From a virus (taxonomy: Duplodnaviria; Caudoviricetes), in the IMG/VR virus record IMGVR_UViG_3300005077_000044, positions 1 through 39,622 of that record: DNA of 39,622 bases; one strand, written 5' to 3'. A program made the translations under genes and the position numbers. The notes under the pieces are model-generated. The model saw nothing but the letters and a program-made list of their open reading frames with translations. It had not been told where the DNA came from and ran no database searches. Of this stretch, positions 8,842 through 18,030 are shown in pieces. Each line of letters opens with the position of its first letter. Within the stretch, counting starts at the first letter, position 1.

Positions 8842-10518
8842 ATGGCGAATGATTTTTACTATGATCCCACCTGCAAGGCCCAATATCGATTTGAAGCTAG
8901 CTACCTCCTAGTTGACTCCCAGTCGGATAATCACCTATTTGATCACAACACTGTTAGTGAATCCTCAAGTGACTTCAAGGAAGGGTATTGCGCCGCCAGC
9001 TTTTCAGCTGCCTCTACTCAATACTTTACTTGTACCAATTCAGAGCTTTGTGAAGGTTTTCCCCTCAAATGGTTTGATACACCTGCGGAGAGAGCTAAAC
9101 ACTCTTCAATTATTAGCTTCTGTTTTTGGGTTAAATTTTATGACGTCACTGACCAACAGAACATTGTTGGGAAAAGCTCGAGTGCAGACGGGTGCAGCTT
9201 TCTTTGTTATAGTGATAATGGCCAATTAACTATTGATTGGGGCTACAATGAGGGCGCTTCATTTTACTCTTACCCTGCTGGACTAACATTTAACAGTGAT
9301 GAGTGGTATCATGTAGGGGTTTCATTAGATGAAACCGATCAGATCGCTTACTTTCATGTCTGGAATGACTCGGCTCAGGAAATTATTTGTAACCGCGTCC
9401 AAACCTTAATCAGTGAACACTTGAGTACAACTAGTGCTCCCCTATCTATAGGTGCGGATGGAGATGGTAGTAACCCCCTTAACGCCATTGTTGATGAAGT
9501 AGTCATTTTCTCGACTTTCAAAAATTCTCTCGACTTCGATAACATTCGTCAAGACATTTATAAAAAACCTGCCCTCAATGCCTTTTATACCGACCCTGAG
9601 TGTGTTGCTTTATATAATTTCGAAATGAATCCGGGCTTCACCCAAGACTCTCAGGGATCGAACCATCTCACACAATATAATACTGTCAAACAAGATTTAA
9701 TTTATTTTAAGCGTGATCGATCATCCGCGTATTTTAGGGCCAATGAATTAGGGAGCCTTTCAATTCTTGATTCGAACTTGGGCGCAGATTTTCCGCTTAA
9801 GAGTGGGAGTGCATCTAAGAAGTTTTCGATATGTCTGTGGTTTAGGATCCCGGGAAATATATTTAGTTATATGTTGGCGAAGGGGTCAACCACCAATGGT
9901 AAGCGTTCGTTTGCGGTGTATATAGACTACATGACTCCTAAAATACAGTGGAGTTATGATGGGACTAACTATGATACATACATAACATATGGTCTAACAT
10001 ATGAAAGATGGTATCATATGGGGATTTCACTCGATGGGGATTCCAAATATTTAATAGCCCGAATTTATGACTCAGTTCAACAGAAGGTCGTTTTCTATGA
10101 ATCCTACAATGTTTTAAATGAGCTATTCCTTAGTGATGGACCTTTCACGTTAGGCGTACAAACGCCGGGGACTCAATATTTTAAAGGCTGGCTAGATGAG
10201 GTCGTAGTCTTTAATGACGTGCGAACGTTGTTTGAAATTGATCGTGTTCGAGAAGGCACCTATTTCCGCAACCTTGACTTTGCCGTTACGGAATCTTCGG
10301 GTAGTACTGTACTTCACATGAAGACAGCCGGTATAGAATGTTGCTCTTCTGGTGTAATGGTTGCGGTTCGAGGCCGAAACTACTTCCCGGCAAATAATTA
10401 CTCCGCAGATCCAACCTGTATCGCATCATTCTCATTTGAAGAAGATCCTGGGACTCTTGTAGATTCCATAGGTGGAAATGATTTAACTGACCATGGAACC
10501 ATTGAAAGGGTACAATAA
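8842..10518 (+). CDS. LamG/ConA-like domain protein (two full domains plus the N-terminal stub of a third)
   Basis: Repeated Y.FE..DS..N.L, FPLK, WYH.G.SLD and DEV.IF motifs. Confidence 0.8.
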   Translation: MANDFYYDPTCKAQYRFEASYLLVDSQSDNHLFDHNTVSESSSDFKEGYCAASFSAASTQYFTCTNSELCEGFPLKWFDTPAERAKHSSIISFCFWVKFYDVTDQQNIVGKSSSADGCSFLCYSDNGQLTIDWGYNEGASFYSYPAGLTFNSDEWYHVGVSLDETDQIAYFHVWNDSAQEIICNRVQTLISEHLSTTSAPLSIGADGDGSNPLNAIVDEVVIFSTFKNSLDFDNIRQDIYKKPALNAFYTDPECVALYNFEMNPGFTQDSQGSNHLTQYNTVKQDLIYFKRDRSSAYFRANELGSLSILDSNLGADFPLKSGSASKKFSICLWFRIPGNIFSYMLAKGSTTNGKRSFAVYIDYMTPKIQWSYDGTNYDTYITYGLTYERWYHMGISLDGDSKYLIARIYDSVQQKVVFYESYNVLNELFLSDGPFTLGVQTPGTQYFKGWLDEVVVFNDVRTLFEIDRVREGTYFRNLDFAVTESSGSTVLHMKTAGIECCSSGVMVAVRGRNYFPANNYSADPTCIASFSFEEDPGTLVDSIGGNDLTDHGTIERVQ

Positions 10519-10561
10519 TTAATTAGGAAGTTTATGATGTCGGGGAGTTGTAGACAGATAA

Positions 10562-13500
10562 ATGGCAGATACAACCTGGAAAAAATGGAAGAATGGCGAA
10601 CCACTTCCCGATTTATGCTCAAATGATTCTAATTTAACTTATTGGAAGGGAGGTGAACCCCTACCCACCTTCCAGAAAGCTGCGGGCGAAGGCATCATTA
10701 TATCACCCGAGAAGCTTTCAATTACATTCTCCACCTTTGCCCCGACTGTTTATCTAGACTACGTCGTCACTATATCTGAAGTCCTTTCTGCCACTCTTTC
10801 TCAACATGAGCCAGAGATTCGAGCAGGCTCTACAATTCCTACATTTGTTGAGGGCACTCTCGGGCAATTAATCTATCGCCCCGCCCCTGAATCTCGAACT
10901 GAAGCACTTCTAGGCCAACTAATTTATAGAAGGCGGGCCGAATCGGATGTCGAGGCTTTCGGTATTTATGCGGGCGTAAAATACGAAAAAAGGGTTGATG
11001 TCGAGGCTTTTGGTATTTATGTTGCGTATAGCACCAGTTTTGGTGTTAACGTTTACATTTCAACCACTCTGCATTTAACCCTGGCAACTCAAACTCCTCG
11101 CTTTCTTGGCTGTGAAACTGTTTCAATATCTGAGACACTCAATCTTGATCTTGCATTGCATGCCTCGACTGTATTAATAAATGCAGCTATTTCAATATCT
11201 GAGACACTCAATCTTGATCTTGCATTGCATGAACCTACCATTCAGAGTGGAATTACTATATCTGAGACACTCAATCTTGATCTTGCATTGCATGAACCTA
11301 CTGTCTGTCTTGGAGGTAAATTTCTACTAACTAAACTTGGACTTACATTTTCAGTAAAGACCGCCTCAGTCTGCACTGATCAAGTATTGTCTCAAGCCAC
11401 CCTGCACCTAAACTTCTCTACCCTTGAAGCTTCCGCTACAACGGGGTTCCCCGCCCCTCTTGTAGGTCTTACTTTTGGACTGTATGACCCCACCATTCTG
11501 TGGGGGGTTTCAACACTCCAGTCAACGCTTCACCTAACTTTTACGAAACATGCCCCTGCCCCTCACTTCGATTACGTCGTTGAGATAGGTCAGACCCTGT
11601 CATTACAACTTTCTTCGCACGATGTATTAATCAAGGTGGGGGTGCGGTTACAGGAAGTTTTAAGTATCGCTCTGTCCCTTTATGAACCTGCTTTAGAGCT
11701 TGACTACATTGTTACAGTTGCAAAACTTTCTATTTCACTCACGCAGTATCCAGTTAGCACAAAATTTGATTATGTTAATATCATCAATGAAACTTTTGGG
11801 TTAACTTTTGCACCCTATGATATAACAGTTCTTACTGGCGTTAAACTGTATGAAACGTTATCTGTTATACTGAGTCAGTATGTTCCGGTGGTGGCCTATG
11901 CTAGAGTTGTTAGCATCTCATCAATCCTTCGAATTATTTTTAATAAAATTCCTCCGACTGTATCCGCGGCTCGAAACATTGCAGTACCCACTAGCTTAAA
12001 AAGTTTAACCCTTACATCGTTTGATGTTGAAGTAACCGCGGGAGCCACCTTACACGAGACGCTTCCCCTCAACTTTGAATACCCCGTTTTGTCGGTTATT
12101 ACGAATTCATATTTAGACGCCGACTTACAAAATCTTAACTTATCTTCTTTGGAGCCTTCCGTTAAAGGCGACTCCAACTATGAAGCGGAATTACTGAATC
12201 TTGTTTGGGTATTAAATGAAGTTGAGGCCTTAACGGGAGTAAGACTTTACGAAACCATTTCCCTGGTGTTTAATTTATTTGACACTACACCTTCAACTGA
12301 TTGCAATTTTTATCTTGATGAAACTCTCGAATTAACTTTAAGTCCCCACATTCCTAACGTTTGGGGCGGCCCAACTTCTGAAGAATCCTTTTTGCTAGAC
12401 CCCCTCCATAAAGAGAGAGAGTATGGAATTGTACTTGAGGCGGGCCACGGTACATATGCAGACCGAGAAGACTCTTTATTATCCTCAAACTTCCCTTTGA
12501 AATATGGGACTTCCAACACTCTTGGCACGTTTTGTTTCTGGGCTCGAGCTTATGACGCTTCAACAATAGTTCAATCCTTGTTCAGTAAAGGTAATCCCCT
12601 TAGCCTACATGGAGGCATTTCACTTGTACTCATAAACCGGACTGTGGTATTTTACGCTCAAGACACATTCCATGGACTGTACAATACCTTTTATCCAGGG
12701 CTCACTCTTACAGAAGATCGATGGTATCATTTTTCTCTTATGATTGATAATCGTGAAATGGATCCAGATCAAGGTAGTTATTGTATGGAAGAAGGTTTCG
12801 TAGGACCTGCATTTCACTTTAGAATTTGGGATGATGCCTTAAAACAATACGTTGTAGATCGACTGTACACTCCAAACCGAGATGGCTTCTCCCTTCCGTT
12901 TAGACTTTCGACAGGTCCATTTATGATTGGAAACGCGGATGGAGATACCACGTTTTTAGATGGATATATTGACGACTTCTCAATTTTCAATGCAGTACGT
13001 TCACCCCATGAAACCGACTTAATTCGTAGGGGTATTTATAATGGTCCCACTACAGCGGTTATGGTTGAGGCACATGCATTAAAAGTATGTGTTGACGCAA
13101 CTCATCAGATTGACATCTCGGCACATGGCACCTCAATTAAATACGACCCCACGCCTGAAATTTTGGTTAATGAAGCGGGCTTAATGGTAGGGTATTGCAT
13201 CGAACAACCTGCCGAAACTCCGCCCTTCCCGGTTATTGCGGGGGCATGTGCTCAAGGGGATAGCACGCACCTTAAATATAAGTTTACTAGCGATGTGTAC
13301 GTCTATGAATCCAATGACGAAGAAGAGCGTCGTGATGTCTTTACTTATCCTATTCGCGAAGCGGTCATCACCGTTAATACAACTGCAGACCCTGCCTTCT
13401 TAAGGGTTCTTGAAACATTAAGTGCAGGGGTTACTTACTTCTCTGTTCCCCTTTGGCATCTCAAAGAGGACCTGACTCATGACTCTGCTAGAGATGACAC

Positions 13501-14374
13501 CGCTTTCTATGTTGGGGACTCAGCCGAATTTTACGTTGGAGATGATGTATTACTACTTAGAGCGAGTGACAGTTTAGTATATGACTTATGCACTAACACA
13601 GTAGTAGCTGGTTCGACTGTTACAGTTGCAAGTCCTATTACAAGGCATTATAGTAAATTCACTCGACCAAGTTCAACTCGAGTTTATGACCCAAGAAGTT
13701 CATGGGCGGTTCCATGTATAAAAGGGATCGTAACAGTCGATTCAATGGATTTCCGGGGATCAAGACCTACATATCAAGTTAAGGTTAAAGTCGATGGTGG
13801 TGCTTGGGAGCATGTTGATTCTTATGTCGGGACATTTCTTTATGAGCCGGCTCAATCGGATTTGATAGCACCTAAAATGGAGAGACTTGTAATCGGGGCC
13901 GAAAATGGTATGTTGCAATTGTTTCCACACCTTACAACTTCTAGGATTGCATTTGATGTTAACTGGGAGTTTAGTGGGACGGAGTGGAGAGACTTGAGAT
14001 CCCTTTTCTATACAGCGAAAGGTAAAACCAACTCTTTCGTCTTGCCTACCTGGTTATGGGAGCTTAGAGTCGTTGCGAGTGCTTCAGCTGGGGCTACATC
14101 TATTTCGCTATCGCCCGGGTTTAGTCAAGTTTGGGAAAGATTTTCAAGAATTCTGCTTCGGTCTCGAAACTCTGGGGCCCCGACTATCATCAATTTAACA
14201 GCTCATCAAGGTTATGATGTGTATACTTGTGATGCTCTTCCATTCAATTTAACTATAGGAGACAAGGCGTGTCTCTGCCCTGAAGTACGATTCCTTGAGG
14301 ATGAAATTGAATTTGAGTTTGATGGCAAGAATTTATGTAGGGTTAAAACTTCTTTTATGGAGATTACAGAATAA
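10562..14374 (+). CDS. Mosaic tail protein: beta-rich repeat region, N-truncated LamG domain and Dit-like C-terminal module
   Basis: Repeats of the ISETL.L.L.L.EP type; FPLK..FCFW..WYHF..GYIDDFSIFN; the last ~385 aa are paralogous to 14374-15531. Confidence 0.75.
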   Translation: MADTTWKKWKNGEPLPDLCSNDSNLTYWKGGEPLPTFQKAAGEGIIISPEKLSITFSTFAPTVYLDYVVTISEVLSATLSQHEPEIRAGSTIPTFVEGTLGQLIYRPAPESRTEALLGQLIYRRRAESDVEAFGIYAGVKYEKRVDVEAFGIYVAYSTSFGVNVYISTTLHLTLATQTPRFLGCETVSISETLNLDLALHASTVLINAAISISETLNLDLALHEPTIQSGITISETLNLDLALHEPTVCLGGKFLLTKLGLTFSVKTASVCTDQVLSQATLHLNFSTLEASATTGFPAPLVGLTFGLYDPTILWGVSTLQSTLHLTFTKHAPAPHFDYVVEIGQTLSLQLSSHDVLIKVGVRLQEVLSIALSLYEPALELDYIVTVAKLSISLTQYPVSTKFDYVNIINETFGLTFAPYDITVLTGVKLYETLSVILSQYVPVVAYARVVSISSILRIIFNKIPPTVSAARNIAVPTSLKSLTLTSFDVEVTAGATLHETLPLNFEYPVLSVITNSYLDADLQNLNLSSLEPSVKGDSNYEAELLNLVWVLNEVEALTGVRLYETISLVFNLFDTTPSTDCNFYLDETLELTLSPHIPNVWGGPTSEESFLLDPLHKEREYGIVLEAGHGTYADREDSLLSSNFPLKYGTSNTLGTFCFWARAYDASTIVQSLFSKGNPLSLHGGISLVLINRTVVFYAQDTFHGLYNTFYPGLTLTEDRWYHFSLMIDNREMDPDQGSYCMEEGFVGPAFHFRIWDDALKQYVVDRLYTPNRDGFSLPFRLSTGPFMIGNADGDTTFLDGYIDDFSIFNAVRSPHETDLIRRGIYNGPTTAVMVEAHALKVCVDATHQIDISAHGTSIKYDPTPEILVNEAGLMVGYCIEQPAETPPFPVIAGACAQGDSTHLKYKFTSDVYVYESNDEEERRDVFTYPIREAVITVNTTADPAFLRVLETLSAGVTYFSVPLWHLKEDLTHDSARDDTAFYVGDSAEFYVGDDVLLLRASDSLVYDLCTNTVVAGSTVTVASPITRHYSKFTRPSSTRVYDPRSSWAVPCIKGIVTVDSMDFRGSRPTYQVKVKVDGGAWEHVDSYVGTFLYEPAQSDLIAPKMERLVIGAENGMLQLFPHLTTSRIAFDVNWEFSGTEWRDLRSLFYTAKGKTNSFVLPTWLWELRVVASASAGATSISLSPGFSQVWERFSRILLRSRNSGAPTIINLTAHQGYDVYTCDALPFNLTIGDKACLCPEVRFLEDEIEFEFDGKNLCRVKTSFMEITE
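11126..11294 (+). repeat. 37-bp in-frame direct repeat x3 (ISETLNLDLALH)
   Basis: ATATCTGAGACACTCAATCTTGATCTTGCATTGCATG at 11126, 11195 and 11258 (periods 69 and 63 bp). Confidence 0.9.
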
Positions 14375-15531
14375 TGGCTAACCTGCTGCCAGGCCTCCCG
14401 ACGGGCGAATTCACTTGGGATTTAACATACAAGTTTAAGAACGACGAATACTATGCTGAGGATGGAGTGGATTACGACTACTCCCAGTTTTCTTATGCTA
14501 CTCGGGAACTTTCACTTAACCTAGGAGAGTCAGGCGAAGCCGGGTTTGAATTTCTCTCCCGCCTTCTGGCAGCAGGAGTTACATCCATGCTAGTCCCGTT
14601 GTGGTTCCAGAGAACTTCCATTGCAGCGGGAATTACTGCAGGGGTCTCAACTGAAGTTAAAGTCCTTGATGTTAGTGAATTCTATGTGGACGACTATGTG
14701 TGGTTCATCGATACTCGAGATTCTTTTCACTATGAACTCAAGACCATTACAGCAATCGCTGGGTCTACTATCTTCCTTGATTCCCCTGTGACCTATACGT
14801 GGCACCCAATTGGCTGGCCCTCTATTGGTTCTCCATACTATGATTCCAGTAGTGTATATGTCGTACCGGCCATGTGGGGATACATAGATTATGAAAACGT
14901 TGACTACATTAGAGGAAAGCCCGGCATTGATGCGAAATTGAAATTAAACGGGGGTCGGTGGGATAAAAGGATTGTTGAGTCAACATCGACTTACACGGTA
15001 GAGCCCCATGGATGCTCCTACGGGACTCCCCGAGTTTATAGAGACGTACTTGGAGCTGAAAATGGGATGTTGCAACTCACTCCCTATGGTTCAACATCAA
15101 AGTTGGTTTTCAATTGTCAATGGGATTTTAAGGACAGTTCTTGGGGCGACCTTCGAGATTTATTCCTAGCCGCTAGAGGAAAAGAAGGGACTTTCTATAT
15201 GTCGACCGGAGTTTATGAAGTCTCTGCGACCCAGAGCTCTGATGCTGGTTCAACGACTATTTACTTGCAGCAGGGTTACGAAAATCTAAGAGGACGCTTT
15301 CCAACTTTGCGCTTTAGACCTCGTAGATTTGTTTCTCCTTTTACGGTCACTACAACTGCGCATGTTTCTTATGATGAATTTTCTTGCAATGCTTTACCCT
15401 ATAAGGTCGAACTAGGGGACAGGGCAAGTTTTTATCCTTTAGTTCGATTCAACGCCAGCGAACTAAAATTCAGCTTTTCAGGGGTCCACAAATGCACAGT
15501 GCAAACTTCTTTTGTGGATGTACCTTCTTAA
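14374..15531 (+). CDS. Distal-tail (Dit)-like virion protein, paralog of the C-terminus of the upstream gene
   Basis: VPLW, EFYV.D.V, GAENGMLQL and W.DLR.LF..A+GK..F are shared with the upstream protein; TAATG coupling. Confidence 0.65.
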   Translation: MANLLPGLPTGEFTWDLTYKFKNDEYYAEDGVDYDYSQFSYATRELSLNLGESGEAGFEFLSRLLAAGVTSMLVPLWFQRTSIAAGITAGVSTEVKVLDVSEFYVDDYVWFIDTRDSFHYELKTITAIAGSTIFLDSPVTYTWHPIGWPSIGSPYYDSSSVYVVPAMWGYIDYENVDYIRGKPGIDAKLKLNGGRWDKRIVESTSTYTVEPHGCSYGTPRVYRDVLGAENGMLQLTPYGSTSKLVFNCQWDFKDSSWGDLRDLFLAARGKEGTFYMSTGVYEVSATQSSDAGSTTIYLQQGYENLRGRFPTLRFRPRRFVSPFTVTTTAHVSYDEFSCNALPYKVELGDRASFYPLVRFNASELKFSFSGVHKCTVQTSFVDVPS

Positions 15532-15543
15532 GGAGTATGCGAG

Positions 15544-16575
15544 ATGGCAATGATTTATATGAATGGGTTTGAGTGGAATAGTATATACGAAAACATCTCT
15601 CGTTATTATATATACAGTATTAATGCTTCTGGAGTGTCTACTACTCATAAAAGATCTGGAAATTATAGTTTTTATATGCACGATCAGTACGGTTATTCAG
15701 ATTATATCTCCCTTCCAACCCCTCCGGTTTCGGAGTTTTATATCCAGTTTTGTATTAACGTTAGGTGGGTGAGTGGAGAAGCAGTCTTTTTAAGGTGGTT
15801 TGAGGGGAGTACGTATGGAGGGGTGATAACTCTCTCTAACGCGGATTTAAAGTTAAGGGTTTATGAAGGTAATAAAAGTTCACTATTGTGTACGTCCGGA
15901 ACGGCCTTAGTACAGGAACGGTGGTATTTAATCGAACTTTATGTGAAGCATGATTCCAGCGGTGAAATTGAACTTCGTGTTAATGGTGTTACAGATACTA
16001 CTTATTCAGGGGATACAACGTCTTACTCAATCGATAAGTTCACCTTTGGTACAGGCTTGGCCTATGGCCAATCAATGACTTACTATGTTGATGATATAGT
16101 TATCAATGACACAACTGGGAGTGTTAACAATTCCTGGCCTAACGGTTTACGCATCCTATTACTCAAACCAACGGGCAAGGGGAGCTCGTCTGAGTGGACT
16201 AAAGAGCCCGAGGATAACATTGATAACTATTGGTGTGTTGATCATGAGCCCATAGACGACCCATCAGAATATGCGTATACGTTCCAGGATCTCAAGCTTG
16301 ACCTGTATCGTGTTGAAAATCTACCCGCCACTGCATATTCAGTAGCAGCTGCTCGTGTTGATTCATGGTCTCTTAAGAATAGTGGCTCACGACAGCAAAT
16401 TAATTTAGCGTTAAAACCAGCCGGGGCTACTACATTCTACTCTAGCGACCAGGATTTGGGAATTGCATTCCAATTAAAACAAAATACATGGGAGACCAAT
16501 CCATCCACATCAGCGGATTGGTCTATCAGCGAAATCAATAATCTTGAAGTAGGGATGAGATCGAAGTTTCCATAA
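15544..16575 (+). CDS. Virion structural protein, GFE-family paralog 2
   Basis: MAMIYMNGFEWNS...YVDDIVINDTTGSVNNSWP. Confidence 0.7.
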   Translation: MAMIYMNGFEWNSIYENISRYYIYSINASGVSTTHKRSGNYSFYMHDQYGYSDYISLPTPPVSEFYIQFCINVRWVSGEAVFLRWFEGSTYGGVITLSNADLKLRVYEGNKSSLLCTSGTALVQERWYLIELYVKHDSSGEIELRVNGVTDTTYSGDTTSYSIDKFTFGTGLAYGQSMTYYVDDIVINDTTGSVNNSWPNGLRILLLKPTGKGSSSEWTKEPEDNIDNYWCVDHEPIDDPSEYAYTFQDLKLDLYRVENLPATAYSVAAARVDSWSLKNSGSRQQINLALKPAGATTFYSSDQDLGIAFQLKQNTWETNPSTSADWSISEINNLEVGMRSKFP

Positions 16576-16618
16576 TTGACAAGTTATAGAATGACCTACT
16601 TTAAATTGGAGGATCTAC

Positions 16619-17044
16619 ATGGCATCAGTCATTTATAATACTTTTAAGCAACGTTTGATGGATGGCGAGATTGATTTTGACAACGATCAATTTTACGTCT
16701 GCCTCCTTTCGAACGCCTACACCGCCAATATCGATACCCAGAACGTGTATTCTGATATCAGCGCCAATGAAATTTCTGGTCCAGGGTATGTAGCAGGTGG
16801 CACTCTGTTAACGGGGGTAACTGTAACGATCAACCTCGTATCTGATAAGGCAATTCTTGATGCAAATGATGTTACGTGGGCCACTAGTACAATCACTGCT
16901 CGGTATTGTAATATTTATAAGCATTCGGGAACTAGCTCGACTTCATGGCTAGTTGCCACATTTGACTTTGGTTCGGATAAAAGTTCGAGCAGTGGTGACT
17001 TCACGGTTCAATGGAATGCATCTGGGATCATAGATCTCACCTAG
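16619..17044 (+). CDS. Conserved small phage structural protein
   Basis: GGAGG RBS. The IYNTFK..G.IDFDND...GYVAGG...DFGSD...FTVQW pattern resembles proteins found in phage structural modules. Confidence 0.65.
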   Translation: MASVIYNTFKQRLMDGEIDFDNDQFYVCLLSNAYTANIDTQNVYSDISANEISGPGYVAGGTLLTGVTVTINLVSDKAILDANDVTWATSTITARYCNIYKHSGTSSTSWLVATFDFGSDKSSSSGDFTVQWNASGIIDLT

Positions 17045-17052
17045 GGTGAACT

Positions 17053-18030
17053 GTGTCAATACTCTTTGCAAGTGGATTTGAATCTGGCTCCTACGAGTTT
17101 TCTCAGTGGACTCATTATTGGCTTGTAAGCTCCCCTGTTCGCACTGGAAATTACTGTCTTAAGTCTCTCTCAATCAATACGGTGACAGCTATCATACCAG
17201 CAAGAAGTGAATTGTACATCCAAGTTTGCTTTAATACTGACAGTGTTGACTCCAGCAAGTTTTTTCAATGGTATTCAGGAAGTACCATCACAGGCTCCGT
17301 TAAAATCGACTCGGGACGTGTAGAGGTTTATACTGGAAATCTATCCACGAAAGTGATAACATCAGCGTCAGGCCTTTGGGTGATAGATCGTTATTGCTGT
17401 GTTGAATTGCATATTGTAGTCCATAGCTCAAGTGGTTTAATTGAATTGTGCGTTGATGGTGTTTCGCAAGGAAGCTTTACGGGCAACACTCAACTCACCG
17501 GCTCCGCATATATTGATTCTGTGGCATTGTATGCTGGCAAACTTTATCTGCACTTTGATGATATAGTTATTTGTGATACGCTTGGAACTGTGAACAACTC
17601 TTGGGTTGGAGGTGCTAGAATTGTTGCACTCCAACCCAATCAAGATGGACACTACTCCCAGTGGACTCCGTATCCCGCAGGTGTTTCGAACTTTACATGT
17701 GTTGACGAAATTCCTGTAACGGAGAGTGAGTATGTTACTACCGATGTTTCCGGATATATTGATATGTATGGCATTGAAGACGTTCCATCAGATTGTGATG
17801 AAGTTTTATCTATAGGCGTCCAAAACTTTGCCAAGAAGACTAGCGGTGTAACTACATCCATGATTATGAATGGGATTCGAGAGAGTGGTACTGATTATTT
17901 TGCAGGGCTGACCGTCTTGTCTACATCTTATTTGGCATATACTGATTATTGGGATCTTAACCCACGCACCTCCTCAGCATGGGACCCATCGGAAATAAAT
18001 AACCTTGAAATAGGAGTAAAGTTATTATAA
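17053..18030 (+). CDS. Virion structural protein, GFE-family paralog 3
   Basis: ILFASGFESG...HFDDIVICD..G.VNNSW...INNLEIG. Confidence 0.7.
   Translation: MSILFASGFESGSYEFSQWTHYWLVSSPVRTGNYCLKSLSINTVTAIIPARSELYIQVCFNTDSVDSSKFFQWYSGSTITGSVKIDSGRVEVYTGNLSTKVITSASGLWVIDRYCCVELHIVVHSSSGLIELCVDGVSQGSFTGNTQLTGSAYIDSVALYAGKLYLHFDDIVICDTLGTVNNSWVGGARIVALQPNQDGHYSQWTPYPAGVSNFTCVDEIPVTESEYVTTDVSGYIDMYGIEDVPSDCDEVLSIGVQNFAKKTSGVTTSMIMNGIRESGTDYFAGLTVLSTSYLAYTDYWDLNPRTSSAWDPSEINNLEIGVKLL

Noticed and set aside
11126-11294. Three 37-bp repeats with 32- and 26-bp unique spacers resembling a mini-CRISPR array
   Set aside because: The periods are multiples of 3, the repeats lie in frame within a long ORF, and they encode a peptide repeat that continues degenerately across the protein. 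No leader or cas genes are present.
10507-12391. Self-splicing intron or IS element as the insert in the split LamG domain
   Set aside because: No group I/II motifs, transposase, homing nuclease or convincing terminal inverted repeats are visible, and the insert encodes a structural repeat protein.
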